Shown one piece after another: positions 1 through 13,327 of a stretch of 64,000 nucleotides of DNA. The DNA comes from Callorhinchus milii (Eukaryota). Below the pieces are notes generated by a model. It saw nothing but the letters and a program-made list of their open reading frames with translations, did no database searches and had not been told where the DNA came from. The DNA lies in the NCBI RefSeq assembly GCF_018977255.1, contig NW_024704743.1, positions 110,672,001 to 110,736,000 of the forward strand, written 5' to 3'. The position numbers and the translations under genes were made by a program. The number at the start of each line of letters is the position of its first letter. Within the stretch, counting starts at the first letter, position 1.

Positions 1-12
1 ACTGTCACACTT

Positions 13-66
13 GTCTGTGTGTGTGTCTGTGTGTGTATGTGTGTGAGAGAGAGAGAGAGAGAGAGA
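13..66. repeat. Compound (TG)n-(AG)n microsatellite
   Basis: Directly visible. Confidence 0.95.
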
Positions 67-94
67 TGGCCTTAAATATTTTACAATCTGTGCA

Positions 95-600
95 CAGGCG
101 AGAGTTGCAGGAGCTTTTAATGCAGATTCCCTCGGGAGTGTTTTGCACTCGACCTCGAGTCAGTTACTCGGAGCGTTCGACAACGCCGAATGAATGAGTC
201 TCTGGGACTCGTGCACAGTGTTTGGAAACATTTGTCGAAAGCTGAAGCTGCACTTTGTAGCCGTTCGAAGACACGATCTGCTCGGGTCAGTGTCCTTTAC
301 AACTGTAGCCCCTTCTCGACAGTATTGTAACGACTCCGTACGGTGACTGCACAAAGCCCTTTGGATCTGAAATGAATGGGGTTCACATGTGTGTGGGGGA
401 CACACACACACACACACATGTGAACCCTATTCATTTCAGATCCAAAGGGGTTTGCAACCCCTTTGGATCTGAAATGAATGGGGTTCACATGCACCTCCTT
501 CAGGTATCGACCCTCCTGTATCGATCCCGACTTCCTTTTATTGATCTCTGGGTGCGGTGCAATATCTGGTCACCGATTCAGCTCATCGGTCATTCTGCAA
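95..600. promoter_or_regulatory. CpG-enriched segment, possible CpG-island edge or regulatory region
   Basis: Visibly many CG dinucleotides (e.g. ctcgacctcgag, gcgttcgacaacgccg, cgtacgg) compared with the CpG-depleted bulk; flanked by (TG)n(AG)n and (TC)n tracts. Confidence 0.35.
357..491. repeat. Triple alternating inverted repeat of a ~33-39 bp unit
   Basis: ccctttggatctgaaatgaatggggttcacatg at 357-389, its reverse complement (1 mismatch) at 417-449, and forward again at 459-491. Confidence 0.95.
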
Positions 601-900
601 CAGAATTCCCTCTCTCCCCCTCTCTCTCTCTCTCTCTCTCTCTCCCTTCCTCTCCCCCACCCACGAATTTCTGTAATTCACCCCCCAATTTGCTGGCACA
701 CCTTTTACCTGCAGTCTTTGCCCACAGCAGCCACTGCGCTAAAGCAGCAGCTTCGTTGTGTGAAGCAACTTCGATTAGACCATCAGCAGATTGTCAGATT
801 GTTCAACCTTTGAGGGCAACGCTGGCAATTCTGGGTCCAGGACTTACTGCACATGTATTTACTCTTCTCAAACTCCGGTGGTTTTATATATATATATATA

Positions 901-1220
901 TAATAATAATAATCCTTGCATTTGATATTGCGCTTTTCACGTCGGGAGGACGTCCCAAAGCGCTTCACAGAACACACTGTAAAGTGAATTGACTGTATAT
1001 TTGTGGGCGAACGCGGCAGCCAATTGCGCACAGCAATGTCCCACAAACAGTCGTAGATTGAAAATGACCAATTTATTATTGTTTTTTGGTTTTGGAGGGA
1101 TTATTATTAGGCTCTGTGTGGAGTAAGGAAACTTGCCCAAGGTTTCGCCCTGCCTGGAATTGAACTCGGGTCTCTCGCTTGCAAAGCAAGTGCTCTAACC
1201 ACTGAGCTACAGGACTCCAC
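901..1220 (-). mobile_element. Full-length young tRNA-derived SINE (short subfamily)
   Basis: On the minus strand: tRNA-Ala(TGC)-like head with A box TAGCTCAGTGG and B box GTTCAATTCC, Deu-type 3' body, L2-type tail and (TTA)n; inserted in a (TA)n tract. Confidence 0.95.
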
Positions 1221-2315
1221 ATATATGTATATATATGAAGTAATAATTGCACACCAACGTTTTAGTTCCAAACGTGTGTTCATTGTGTTATTGAACCTAT
1301 CATTTGTGTGGTTTTACTGTGTATCTTGAATGGATTATACTAAAACATAATGTTAATTGCTCTCTGTCGAGGTTTGTTTGCAGGAACTGTATTAACCTGA
1401 ATGTCAGGAAAGTGCCTCATTAATTTTAATTAATGACTGTAGATTTAGTGCACTTGGGTTTGGGAGTTAAAGACGGCTTAGGATTCAAACAGTTGCTGGA
1501 AATGCAAAGTGTCTGTAAGAATATGCTGAACAGTAGAGAGGTTTGATCAAGCAAATACAGTAAGTACACTGCTATGAATATTGTCAAACATGGGCTTTTA
1601 AAAGTTCTATTCTAAGTGCTCACTCTTAACAGCCTCTGAGATACAACACATTTTGCAGCTCCTTTGGTGATAGAAAAAATAATGCAAAACATTCTCTTTA
1701 TAAAATTGCTCTTCGCTGTATGACAGTGGGAGTTTGTGGTGTGGCTTTTAAATTTAGCATTCTGGAGGAGAGTCCAAAGACATTTTAAAGTCATCCTTCT
1801 CACCAAGTTTTAATGGCTTTTATAAAGGTATGTCACCGCACCTAAACACCAAGAAAGCGCTGACCAAGAAAATAACATTAAAGGGGATTTCAGAAAGAGC
1901 AAAGGGGTGGTATTACAGAAGCTAAGACATGTACATACTTAATGGGACAAATGGTCTACTTTGTGCACTTGTAAACCTTTCAATTCCTTTTCTTTCACAT
2001 ATTGCATAAAATCTGCCAATGCTGCCACCACCACCACCAACAACAACAACAACTTGCATTTATATAGTGCCCTTCATGCGGGGGTAGCGTCCCGGAGCGC
2101 TTACCAACCCACTTCATAGGGCTGAGGAAACAAACTGCAACATTTCTGCACAATCCTCTGCCGGCCAAAATAAATTGACGAAGCGTTCAGAATATCCTGT
2201 CCTACATTACAAATCCTTGACCTTCCTTAGCATAATTCTTCAATTTGCAGCATAGGAACCATCACGCTCCACACAATTATCCCCCTATGTGTATTTTTTT
2301 AAAAAAATATTGACT

Positions 2316-2640
2316 GTGGAGTCCTGTAGCTCAGTGGTTAGAGCACTCGCTTTGCAAGCGAGAGACCTGAGTTCAATTCCAGGCAGGGCGAAACCTTGGG
2401 CAAGTTTCCTTACTCCACACGCCTAATAATAATCCCTCCAAAACAAAAAACAATAATAAATTGGTCATTTTCAATCTACGACTGTTTGTGGGACATTGCT
2501 GTGCGCAATTGGCTGCCGCGTTCGCCCACAAATATACAGTCAATTCACTTACAGTATATTCTGTGAAGCGCTTTGGGACGTTCTCCCGACGTGAAAAGCG
2601 CTATATCAAATGCAAGGATTATTATTATTATTATTATTAT
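2316..2640 (+). mobile_element. Full-length young tRNA-derived SINE (short subfamily)
   Basis: gtggagtcctgtagctcagtggttagagc...gttcaattcc...tgtgaagcgctttgggacg...aaatgcaagga(tta)n; near-identical to other copies in the window. Confidence 0.95.
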
Positions 2641-2974
2641 TTGGTTCCTAATCAGATATTTGTCCACATTTTTTTAAAGAAGAATGTGTTAATTGACAAC
2701 GCATCAATTGCCACACCTGCAAGTTTGATTTCTCACCCCACACACACACACACACATACAGAATACACAGTCACTACACTTTGCGGTAAATCCTATGACA
2801 CACTTTGAGATCTCCTCCTAATGTGTAAGGCACTATATCAAATGCTATTATTTGCATTATTTTTAGAGGAATAAGTTATGAGCAAAGATTTGACAGCCGA
2901 GGCTCCAAAGCCTTGAAAAGCGATGTCTCAGAGGAAACCTTCTAGTGGTGAAATAAACCCAGAACAATACTTTG

Positions 2975-3345
2975 AAAAACACCAAGAAAGCACAACAAGA
3001 GGGCACAGGTTTAGGGTTGCCATGAGCAATTTCAGGACAGATGTGAGGAAGAATTATTTTTACCCAGGGGGGTAATTAGCAAGTGGAACAGTTTACCAGG
3101 AAGAGTAGTTGAGGCCAGGACACTGGATTCATTTAAGAAATTATGGACTTGCTCTTTAACAACTTACTGGAACAGGAAACTAAATATATAAGTGATGAAA
3201 GGATGTCAATCAGGCGGTGGGATGGAATACTGCACTCACTTAAAAAGCAGCTGGATGCTGTAATGGGAGGACTTTGGCGTGTGTAATCTGAAAGGATGAG
3301 ATCAAAGGGTCTTCTTCATTTGAACCTCTCGTTATTTTTCAACAT
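2975..3345 (+). mobile_element. CR1 LINE 3' fragment
   Basis: Degenerate CR1 ORF2 C-terminus (TRGHRFR..FRTDVRKNYF..WNSLP..VVEA) plus 3'UTR; similar to 50820-51080 and 54530-54760. Confidence 0.8.
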
Positions 3346-4541
3346 CTATGTTATTCTCTGTGTTTGGAATGGTGGAAGGGAAGCAATTTCCACTGATCTG
3401 AAGTCTTTCTTTAATTGTTTTAATTGAAATCAAATTGTCTAGGTCTACACTCATGTGTAAGTTAAAATATCTGCTTGCATTTACATGCGTTTACGGCATT
3501 AACTTATAGTGATTCAAGGACGCTGCAAAAACTAATTGTTTTGCTATTCAATAACTTACATTAAAGCTGCTTTTGTGATTGTGTTAATCACTGATACGGT
3601 GACAGTTTATGTTATTACTGAATGCTATTACTAAATTGTTAAATTGTTGTGGTATTGATACAGAGGTAAGTGAATATATATTTTATAGTAAGCAATGTTT
3701 CAACTTTAAATTTCACGTTTTGCTAAAGTTCACTTTTAACATCTTATACCTAGTACCTATTATAAATATGATCCAAAATTGTTTTCTTCATTTCATTACA
3801 GTGTTGTTTACAATTTATTTAATGGGGCATCAATGCTAGCCTATATAAATCCAATCGGAAATCAGTTTGTGTTAGCAGGCAGAAATATTGATTGAGATTG
3901 ATCTGAACCAGAAACTAAGCTGGGAAAGGCGCACACCAACAGTTTATGTATAAATAAACATGGTGTGAACAGGAGATCTGAAACTGACTGTACATTACAG
4001 CCAAATCAAATGAATACAAGATTAAGAGCTGCCTCAATAACTATCCCACATATTCACTGTGCATTTATGAAAAGGGTTTTCCCCCTCCTAATTTCCCAAA
4101 TCTAATTTAATGGAGGTTTTCTATCTTGTATGTAAGTGGAGCACAATTCTTCTGCACATTTTTCATTTAACTTTAAATGCAACTATCAAACACACAGTCA
4201 CTACACTTGAGAGTAAAATCCGGTGAAGTGCTTTGAGAGGTCTAGAGAACTCAATAAAGTGCTATATCGTGCGCAAGGATTATTGTATATCTTAATCATC
4301 TATGTGGTTTCTTTCATTACAGTAGAAAGCTACTAAAAAAAACTGTAAAAAGAAATAGGAAACTAATACTGTATTTCGTTGTTTTCCCCTTCCCTTGTCA
4401 ACCAGAAGTATCAAGTTCAGAAAATTTCCCTTCAGGGCTGAAATTTCATGTGAAACCAAGATACATTTGCAGTTATAAAATAGCGCAATATAGTTTTTTC
4501 AATACATCAATTTCTTCAAAAAGTATTCCAACAGAAATGTA

Positions 4542-4705
4542 TAATAATAATAATGATCCTTGCATTTGATATAGCGCTTTTCACATCTTCTAGATGTCTC
4601 AAAGCGCTTCACAGAATAAACTGTAAAGTGAATTGATTGTATATTTGTGGTCGAAATGTGGCAGCCAATTGCGCACAGCAGTGTCCCACAAACAGTTGTG
4701 GATTT
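4542..4705 (-). mobile_element. 5'-truncated tRNA-SINE (3' body and tail)
   Basis: Matches the 3' half of the full-length copies. Confidence 0.9.
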
Positions 4706-4764
4706 AAAGATTTGTTAGTTTAAAGACTAACATGCAGGCAATAGAAATATCACATTGCTAATGG

Positions 4765-5154
4765 GTCAGGGACTCTTCCCACTCAGCTCCTGTTAAGCCT
4801 GCAAGCCAGAGCCCTAACGGGTAGGGTGGTCCTAGCTTGACAAGCAGTGGGAAAGCTTGCCAGGCAGTGGTCTCAATGGTAAGTTATGCGGTTTTAGCTG
4901 GTTAGACTCCAGCAGTACTCCAACGCACACTCTGGGAACCCCTTGACTCTTGCCAACCTGCACTAATACTTTCTGGAATTAGGTCATTAGGATGTGTCCC
5001 TCCAGGGAGAGAGTGTGCATTCCAGTCCAACAATTTATCTCTGGGATTTCCATGTGTAGGTGGGATGCATTGAATTCTCAGCTTGGTTTGGGTACTCTTA
5101 AGCACGGTGATAGGTTTCTGCATGTGTCAGACACCTGGCTGACCACAAAAAAAA
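4765..5154 (+). repeat. Unclassified hairpin-rich interspersed repeat, family X (3' part, ends in an A-run)
   Basis: Shares ttcccactcagctcctgttaa..gggaaagcttgccag..gctggttagactccagcagt..ggctgacc(A)n with copies at 13.4k, 20.3k, 27.9k and 56.4k. Confidence 0.85.
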
Positions 5155-7043
5155 TTGAACATAGGAGTGAGCAAATGGTTTGTAAAATGTATACTTTTTA
5201 TTCAGAGTTGACATTTAATGCTCCATTTACACTGCATTCCTGGTTCCAATGTAATGTGCCACACTGGCAAAAAATGTGTGTATGACTGCCAAACTACAAT
5301 CTCTCCAGAGTGTGGTATCAGTTGAGACAATGCATGCACAAGTTAGTCCCACATCTTCATCAGTGCACAGACTGTACTTTCAACATTAGTATAAAAGCAC
5401 CTCAGGCCCACTCATGTGCTGTCAATCATTTCTAATGATAGAAGAGAGTTGCTATGATAGTCCAATTTTTTTAAATCCTTAGACACACACATCCGCAGTA
5501 AATAGTGAGCGATTTCTCTGTCAATGTGTTTTGAATACAAGTGCACTGAGCTCTTCCTTTTCCCACTCAACTGCGATGTGAGCAGGCAACACAGCAAGCC
5601 CAGCTGCTCATTTACAGGCTGTTGGATGCTGCCAGTACTTTACTGGTTGAGGATTCTTGTCAGGGCTGGAGACACAAGTGCTGTAGTGAGTGCTTCGCTG
5701 CTGGTTCTAGCAAACATAGGTGGATAATATCTTACTTTGGGTCATTGTTGCTGGGAAACCTGTCAAAAACGTGTCACTTGATAGTAGAAAGAAAGCAAAA
5801 CTTCAGCATCTGTAGGGTAAAAAAAATACAGTCAGAAGATCTGTTTCTGCAGAATACATGGGGTTGCATTGTAAGTAAACTGTTGAAATGGCAATTTGTT
5901 AAAATGACAATTGATTTGAATTCTTCATTTACATAAAATAGAATCAGTACTGGTTAATCAGTGATGCATTTTTTTTTCCTGGTCTCAGAAATTCATGTGC
6001 ACAATCACTTGATTCATTCTTTTAATCTATTCTGTGAAATCGATGCTGGAGTGTCATGTTTCTCTCCCTGAGGAGGAAGGCCTCTTTTTTATTGATGGTA
6101 CTCAACACAGGCTGTTTTCCCTACATTCTCTGCACATACAGTACTTTAGATTGTTATCGATGTTTCTCTCAACTCATGTTTAATGTCTGTCAGCTAACTT
6201 GCCTTATCCTTTAAGGTGAGGTACTGTTGCAACAGTAGCAAAATCCACTCATACGCATTTTCCAGAATAAGGAACATTTAAAACCATGCATGATGGAACA
6301 TGTGAATTGAGAACAATATTAGTTCAAAGGGTTTTGAAAACTAGATCCATTTTTGGATCAGGTAAATAGTTGTGTAAGTGCTCGGACTCAATTAGTGGAA
6401 ATTGATCACTGCAGTGAATGATGACCCATATGTTACGTTGAAAGGTGGAGCACAAAGCTGTATTTTAAAAAAGAAAAGGGAAGATTTGCATAGCAAATCT
6501 GATGCATGGGAATGCAATTTTAATATCTGAATTGCCATCTACACATCTGCCTGAAATTGGTTACAACTGTGATGATAAATTGCTCCTCAGAATCCATCTT
6601 ATGCTAATGTGTTTTCAATTATGGGTGGCACTGCTGATAATGGAATCAATTATTTTGATCTTTGTCATACTGCATACTGAATATTTTTGCATCCATTCCA
6701 TTATCAAAAAGTGCAGCTTATATTTAATGCACAATGAACCTTTTAGCCACTCTGATATACTTGAATAGGAAAATGAATTTTCATCAACATTTATCATTCA
6801 AATAATTACAGTTCTTTTATTTCTCTTCAAATGACTGAGAGCATTGTAACACTTTTGTGGTGCAATAGGTTGGAGGTTTGTATCTCACAAGTACTATAGC
6901 ATTTGTACTCACAACTTCAAAGCATATTTGCGTTTGTGCGACTCTGTTTCCTGCAGAACATTGATGTCAATGCCTGTTATAGCGATAAGCCAAGTGAGAA
7001 GTGTTTTTGAACATCCCCTCTTGGATGATACATCATTAAAAGC

Positions 7044-7315
7044 TAATAATCCTTGCATTTGATATAGTGCCTTAATGCATCTTCTAGACGTCTCAAAGCG
7101 CTTCAAAGAATATATTGTAAAGTGAAATGACTGTATATTCTTTGGGCGAAATGCAATAGCCAATTGCGCACAGCAGTGTTCCACAAACAGTAGTGGATTA
7201 AGTGACCAAATTAATTTTTTTTTGGACGGAATTACTATCCCCGGAAAAGCGATCTGCCAATTGACTAACTATCAGGTTTCTACTTACTGCTAGGAAAACA
7301 GAGACATATGGAGTC
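7044..7315 (-). mobile_element. Truncated tRNA-SINE (long subfamily)
   Basis: Tail, Deu-type body and the central block found only in long copies; head missing. Confidence 0.85.
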
Positions 7316-8344
7316 CAAATATTTTGCAAGCTTAACCCACTTGGGAAGAAATATAAAAGTGCGTGCGTGTGGTGTATGTGGACCCCTCCCAAGCTAAAAT
7401 TGGAAACATTAGCTGTATTGTCAACGTGTTTCAAAGTCATCCAGAATTTTTTAAGCTAGAAACAGAAAATAAGGAAGTGCAGATGTGTGCGAAGAGAAAA
7501 GATATCAAAATCCAATACATTTTTAGCGTTTGTAGGAAACTCAAGTTTAAATATATAATCAGATGTACTGAACAGCAGGCTGAAACTTCTCACCAATTAT
7601 TGATTCATAATCAGAGTTTTTAGAGAGAGAGGTTGTGCAGTTTCACATCAAAAGACTTACTGGAGAACCTTTGTTAAAATATCAAAGATTAAATTCATTT
7701 TTAGATGCGCTGCAGGACAAATGGGTCACATCTGAGCATTGTAACACATTTTTTGATTTCTTGGTTCAACGCCCAAGGCGAGCAGGCAAGTATGAATGCT
7801 CTCTCCGGAATAAAGGTGCCTGTGAACCGAACAATAATGTGTGCAGGGCCGACCACAGAGAGTTAATCTTCAGCAGCATCTGATCCTGCTGTTTTCACTT
7901 GTGAAAATCCAACCTGATCATAATGAGCTAACTCAGGAGGGGACATGAGGGAGACAGCCTACAGCTGCTGTCACTGCCGCAATGAAGCCAATCCATCCCC
8001 CAAGTTTATGTCTTACAGACAACCCAATACTACTAATTGTGCCTCTGGAGGCATGCACACACACATACACACACACACGGCTGATTATCCTGTGGTCACG
8101 AGAATCTCAACAAACCTGTCCCATGCTTGTGGCTGTAATGATTTGTTGCTCGAGGCTGTGGCTTGTTTGAGAGAGTGAACGTTGCCTTGGATGGCATGGA
8201 CAAAGGACAATCACAGAATCTCGTCGTAAAGTGAAAGGAATAAATATGTCGCAGCAGTTTTCTGGGATTCCTTCCTGGCACCATATACCACCTGCACATT
8301 GATAGAGAGAACAGTTCTTGCTCAGGTAAATGCCACGTTAAAAC

Positions 8345-9640
8345 CAGAACACATGAATGGGTAAATCTTAAGAGATGTTTGGATGAAGAAGGCCCTTCAG
8401 CCCATCTGATCTCATCCCTCCAGCACACCCATCCTACTGTCTTCCCATCATAGCATCAAGCTATTTTTTCAGTGAATCCAGTGATCTGACTTCAACCACC
8501 CTTCCTGGCAACCAGTCATTGATTACCCTCTGGATGAAGGAAAACATCCTGAAGTTACCCTTTGCAACTCTAAACCTATGTCCTTTTGTTCTACTGACTT
8601 GGTGCATCCTAATGTATGGTTCTGGGTTTTGTTTTCTCCATCGTATTTAAATTTTTATACATTGTGAGATCCCTTCTGAGATGTTTTTGATCTATATAAA
8701 TGATTAANTTTTTTTATCTATGTAAATTATCTGGACTTTGGTATAGGGAAGTACAATTTCCAAGTTTACAGATGATACTAAGCTGGGAAAAGTAATAAAC
8801 ATCAAGGAGGACAGTTAGCAGACTGCAAATGGACATAGACAGACTGGTAAAAGTTTAATGTAGAGAAATGCAAAGTGATGCATTTTTGGAGGAAGAATGA
8901 GGAGAGGCCTCAGCGAGCGTACTGTGTTCAATTCTGGGCACCGCACTTTGGGAAGTATGTCAAGACATTGGAGAGGGTGCAAAGGAAGTTTACCAGGATG
9001 GTACCAGGAATGAGGGACTTCAGTTACGAGGAGAAACTAGGATTATTCTCCTCGGAGCAGAGAAGGTTATGTGGAGACTTAATAGAAGTTTTCAAAAATA
9101 TGAGGGATTCGACAAGGTGAACAAGGAGAAACTATTTCCACTGGCAGGCGAGTCGGTAACCCGAGGATACCGATTTAAAATAGTTGTTAAAAGAAAGAGA
9201 AGGTGAGGAGAAATGTTTTCATGCAGTGATTTGTTCGGATCTGGAATGCATTGCCAGAAAGGGTGGTGGAAGCCGATTCAATAACAACTTTTAAGAGACA
9301 AGTGGGTGATTATTTGGGGAGGGCAAGTTTGCAGAGCTATGGGGGGAGAGAGTGGGGGAGTGGGATTGAATTGGATAGCTCTTTTAAAAGAGCCAGCACA
9401 TGCACCATGGGTCAAATAGCCTCCTTCTGTGCTGTATGATTCTATAATATCTTCTCTCAAGACTGAAGAGCCCTAGCTTGTCCAATCATTGTTCATAGTT
9501 CTTTACCCGTAATACTGGGGATCATCCTTGTTGCTCGCCTCTTCACTGCCTCTAGGGCCTGGCAGACCCTTAAAGTCACGGTGACGAGAACTGTATGCGT
9601 ATACTCTCATGCTGCATGATCAGAGCATTATATAGCTTCA
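8345..9640 (-). mobile_element. Old CR1 fragment (minus), split by a younger CR1 insertion
   Basis: 8345-8690 is an antisense CR1 3' end (gatgaagaaggcccttcagccc..., tcaaccacccttcctggca); antisense CR1-like sequence resumes at ~9450-9640 (ttctctcaagactgaagagccctagc). Confidence 0.65.
8745..9445 (+). mobile_element. CR1 LINE 3' fragment (degenerate RT and 3'UTR)
   Basis: Encodes SKFTDDTKLG, YCVQFWAPH..LERVQRKFTRMVPG..LGLFSSEQRRL.GDLIEVFK and PERVVEADSI (ORFs 8875-9120, 9251-9439), typical of the CR1 ORF2 end; internal deletion and frameshifts. Confidence 0.92.
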
Positions 9641-10169
9641 TTGAAGCCACATGATTATGTGTAACGGATTGGGGAAATCAGTTGTATCAACGAATGCCAA
9701 TGTGTTTTTGGTTTATTTAGTAGTGACTTAATATGTGACAGTACAGTGCTAACTCGTTAATAACAACAACTTGCATTTATATAGTGCCCTTCATGGGGGG
9801 GGAGGGAGAGTCCCGGAGTGTTTATTTACAGCTCGTTGCTTTAACTGAGGTCTGAAATGTGCCCTCAGTGGTGTCCAGTTCATGGGAGGTGACAATTCAA
9901 ATCCAGTTATTCCTCAAACAAGTTATAAAGCATTTGCATTTATAATCTTGGACTGGTTTATAAAGGTTGTGCAACATCATCTTGAATTTCTGCGAGAAGG
10001 ATCTCTTTTTGACACGGCAACCACCAATTTGCTGTTGTACTCTTTAGGTTTTGATTAAAATTACTCTCAGGCTCAGCTTTACAATGGAATTGTGTCACTT
10101 TATGTGTCAAAGTGGTTAACTAATCTACATGCACAAATTATATTCTGATATACAGCACATCTAAATTAT

Positions 10170-10495
10170 GCACTCAGGCCCCATCTTGAGAATTGAGCAC
10201 ATAGCTGAGGCTGACACTCCAGAACAATCCTGTCTGCCCTTTCAGGGAAATGTTAAAGATCCCTTGGCATTATTTGAAAAGAGAAGGGAGAATCTCCCAG
10301 CGTGCTGACCAGCAACCAATTAATCTGGACCAGTGCCTAGATTAATTGGTCAATCACCTCCTGATTGTTTGTGGAACATTGCTGTTCTCAAATGGCTGCC
10401 ACGTTTGCCTAACAAATACACAGCGAATGGATGTGCTGTTAACTGAATTGTTCGGAGTCATTTGATATTACGGGCGCTATTAAAATTCAAGTTCC
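10170..10495 (+). mobile_element. Old Deu-domain SINE fragment
   Basis: ggctgacactcca..tgttaaagatcccttggcattatttgaa..tgtttgtggaacattgctg..aaatggctgcc, as in DeuSINE (SacSINE1/AmnSINE1-type) bodies. Confidence 0.75.
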
Positions 10496-12275
10496 TTCTT
10501 CCTTGTTATAGACTAGTAAACACACTATAAAATATTTTTCCTCCTCACCAGTCATTAAGGTTTGCTTTTAATGGTGGTGTGATACGACCGTGTAAAAAGT
10601 AATTGAATGGATCGTCCACAGGGGTTTAGATCAGACAGTGCAACAAAATCTAAGTACCCTGCAAAACATACAGTTACTTCATTTTTCATTAAGTCCCATG
10701 AAAACCGAGGAGACATCTTCCCAATATGAAATGTGCAATATCAAATCTAAGAATTATTTTTAATATGAAGGAATTTAATATGGAAATGAACTTCCCAGAT
10801 CAATGCCTATATAATCACCAGTAGACTTCATTTTGTGAGGTGCTTTTGACATATTTCAACACGATGTAGTACTGCATCAATGCAAATTTTAAAAAAAATA
10901 ACAATGGCCTCTTCACACCTCCAAAATGAATCTCGTATCCAATTCAGCATTATTGAAAATAAACTCCAGAATCAAAATAATTTTTGTGATGATGTAGCTC
11001 AGACTTGTAACATGAAAAAGGTCTGCAGTAAGCGAGTTCATGCAATAGCTAATAAATGTGTACAATTCCAATACGTAATTGCTTGCAGAATAATTGATTT
11101 CCCCATTTCTTCAACCTGTCAGTCAGCAATCCTTAATCAGCCAGCTCCTGCTGTCGTGACATTTTTGTGGCAAACAAAATTTAAATATAAAAAGGTTCCA
11201 TTATACCTGGGGGGAAGATGAAGGAAATTGTTCAATCTCAGGGTTCTGATGGCATTTATAAACTGCTTGAAATGAACACATGGTTTATTACATCTTCAGA
11301 TCTCCTGAAATGCATTCTAGCCTTTTATTCCTTTCCAGGTGCCTGGAAATTGCTCTTTGCGATACTGGTCCATTGAATTTTTTTGTAACAAAAGCAGTGA
11401 AGCCACAGGAATGATGCTTCAGACGATGCTGTGGTTTTGACGTCTAGTTTACAGCGACAAACCTGTTGTGCTGATTTATTCATTCATTGTATTTCACTTT
11501 AGGCCGGTTGCATTTACTTGCTTTGCATCTCCACAGCCTTAAGCTGCCTGTGACATGCCAGGCTTAAACCAGCAGAACAAGGCCAGTGCTTCCACTGCTA
11601 AGTAGAGCAATAAGAAAGGACTGGGGCCTCAATGATTTTTCACAGTGCATTAGCTTTCATCAATGGTCCCCTTCTGCTGCTGGCATGCATTGACTGGTCA
11701 TGAGGCTACATCTTTGGCTTACTAGTCAGCTCATGAATTGATGAGAGGGCTTTGGATTCTTTGGAGAACATTTCAAAAAGTTGTTGCAAAGCAAGAGATG
11801 GAGCAGAATTCAAACTATTTCACATAGTGGTGTTTACATGATTGAAACCCAATAGTATTCTAATATTTTGATTCAAGTATTTTATATTTTGTTTCTAACC
11901 GCAAAGCTTTGCAGAACAAAGATGCTGAAAGTATACATGTTTACATGAACTTCACAGCATATCCTTTTGTAGTGAGAGTGACTTTTTTTTTCAAAGTTTA
12001 GTTTGTTCACGAAACTTTCCAAGTGCGATGCGGAAGAAATTCTGTTTAGTCTCTTTCCATATATTTTCAGTCAAAATTAGGATTCATGAAAATTAAGTTC
12101 AATTCAGGAACAAGAGATTGGAAATGCATACTATTTCATGCTAAATGCAGATAGTGATAATACAATACAACACAAATTTACATTCATGTAATGCCTTTCA
12201 AGTCATGAGGCTGTCCCAAGGCACTGGCTCAGCACCCGAGCTGGGGTTAGGGATGGGGAGAGGGAATATGTCTGA

Positions 12276-12590
12276 AATAATAATAATAAGCCTTGCATTT
12301 GATATAGCGCTTTTCACGTCGGGAGGACGTCCCAAAGCGCTTCACAGAACACACTGTAAAGTGAATTGACTGTATATTTGTGGGCGAACGCGGCAGCCAA
12401 TTGTGCACAGCAATGTCCCACAAACAGTCGTAGATTGAAAATGAACAATTTATTATTGTTTTTGGTTTTGGAGGGATTATTATTAGGCGTGTGGAGTAAG
12501 GAAACTTGCCCAAGGTTTCGCCCTGCCTGGAATTGAACTCGGGTCTCTCGCTTGCAAAGCGAGTGCTCTAACCACTGAGCTACAGGACTC
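12276..12590 (-). mobile_element. Full-length young tRNA-SINE (short subfamily)
   Basis: Reverse complement of the 2316-2640 type. Confidence 0.95.
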
Positions 12591-13015
12591 AGATTATTGT
12601 GACCATGGATCCAAATATCCTTCCTTCCTCTCTGAAGCACAACAATGATAAACTACTGAAAGTGCTGTAAAAGAAGTAGGTTCTTGATACGGACCTTGAA
12701 AGAAGTGAGGGGTTGAGATGGAGGGACTCTGGGATGAAATTCCAGAGAGTCTCCTAGTCTATATAAAGGCAATATAAATGTAAGTTTGTAGTAGTCATAT
12801 CATTTTCAGTGGGTTTATCAGGAAATTATCAGGAAGTGTGTTTGTGTGTATATATATAGTGTTAATATTCTCAACAGATCACAATTCCAGAAGATAATGT
12901 GTTGATAAATGACAGTGAAAATAGTGCAACAGAAGAGACAAGAGCAGTATAAATACTGTATCATGTTGATGACATTATTTAGGACATTTTAATGCCTGAG
13001 GAGGTATTATTACTT

Positions 13016-13327
13016 GTGGAGTCCTGTAGCTCAGTGGTTAGAGCACTCGCCTTGCAAGCGAGAGACCTGGGTTCGATTCCCGGCAGGCGAAACCTTGGAC
13101 AAGTTTCTTTACTCCACACGCCTGATAATAATCCCTCAAGAAAAAATAACAATAATAAATTGGTCATTTCAATCCACGACTGTTTGTGGGACGTCGCTGT
13201 GCGCAATTGGCTGCTGAATTTCGCCCACAAATATACAGTCGATTCACTTTATAGTCTATTCTGTGAAGCGCTTTGAGACGTCTAGAAGACATGAAAAGCG
13301 CTATATCAAATTCAAGGATTATTATTA
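13016..13327 (+). mobile_element. Full-length tRNA-SINE (short subfamily) with 12-bp target-site duplication
   Basis: Head, body and tail intact; tattattacttg at 13005-13016 and 13320-13331. Confidence 0.95.

Noticed and set aside
372..992. Longest ORF (206 aa, +)
   Set aside because: Runs through the triple palindrome, (CA)n, (TC)n and (TA)n tracts and an antisense SINE tail; no recognisable domain.
2316..2392. tRNA-Ala(TGC)-like sequences at the SINE heads
   Set aside because: Each continues into the SINE body and lacks a proper acceptor stem and terminator; these are SINE promoters, not tRNA genes.
4800..4830. Resemblance of gccagagccctaac..agggt to RNase P RNA
   Set aside because: Too short; the conserved P4-forming regions were not found.
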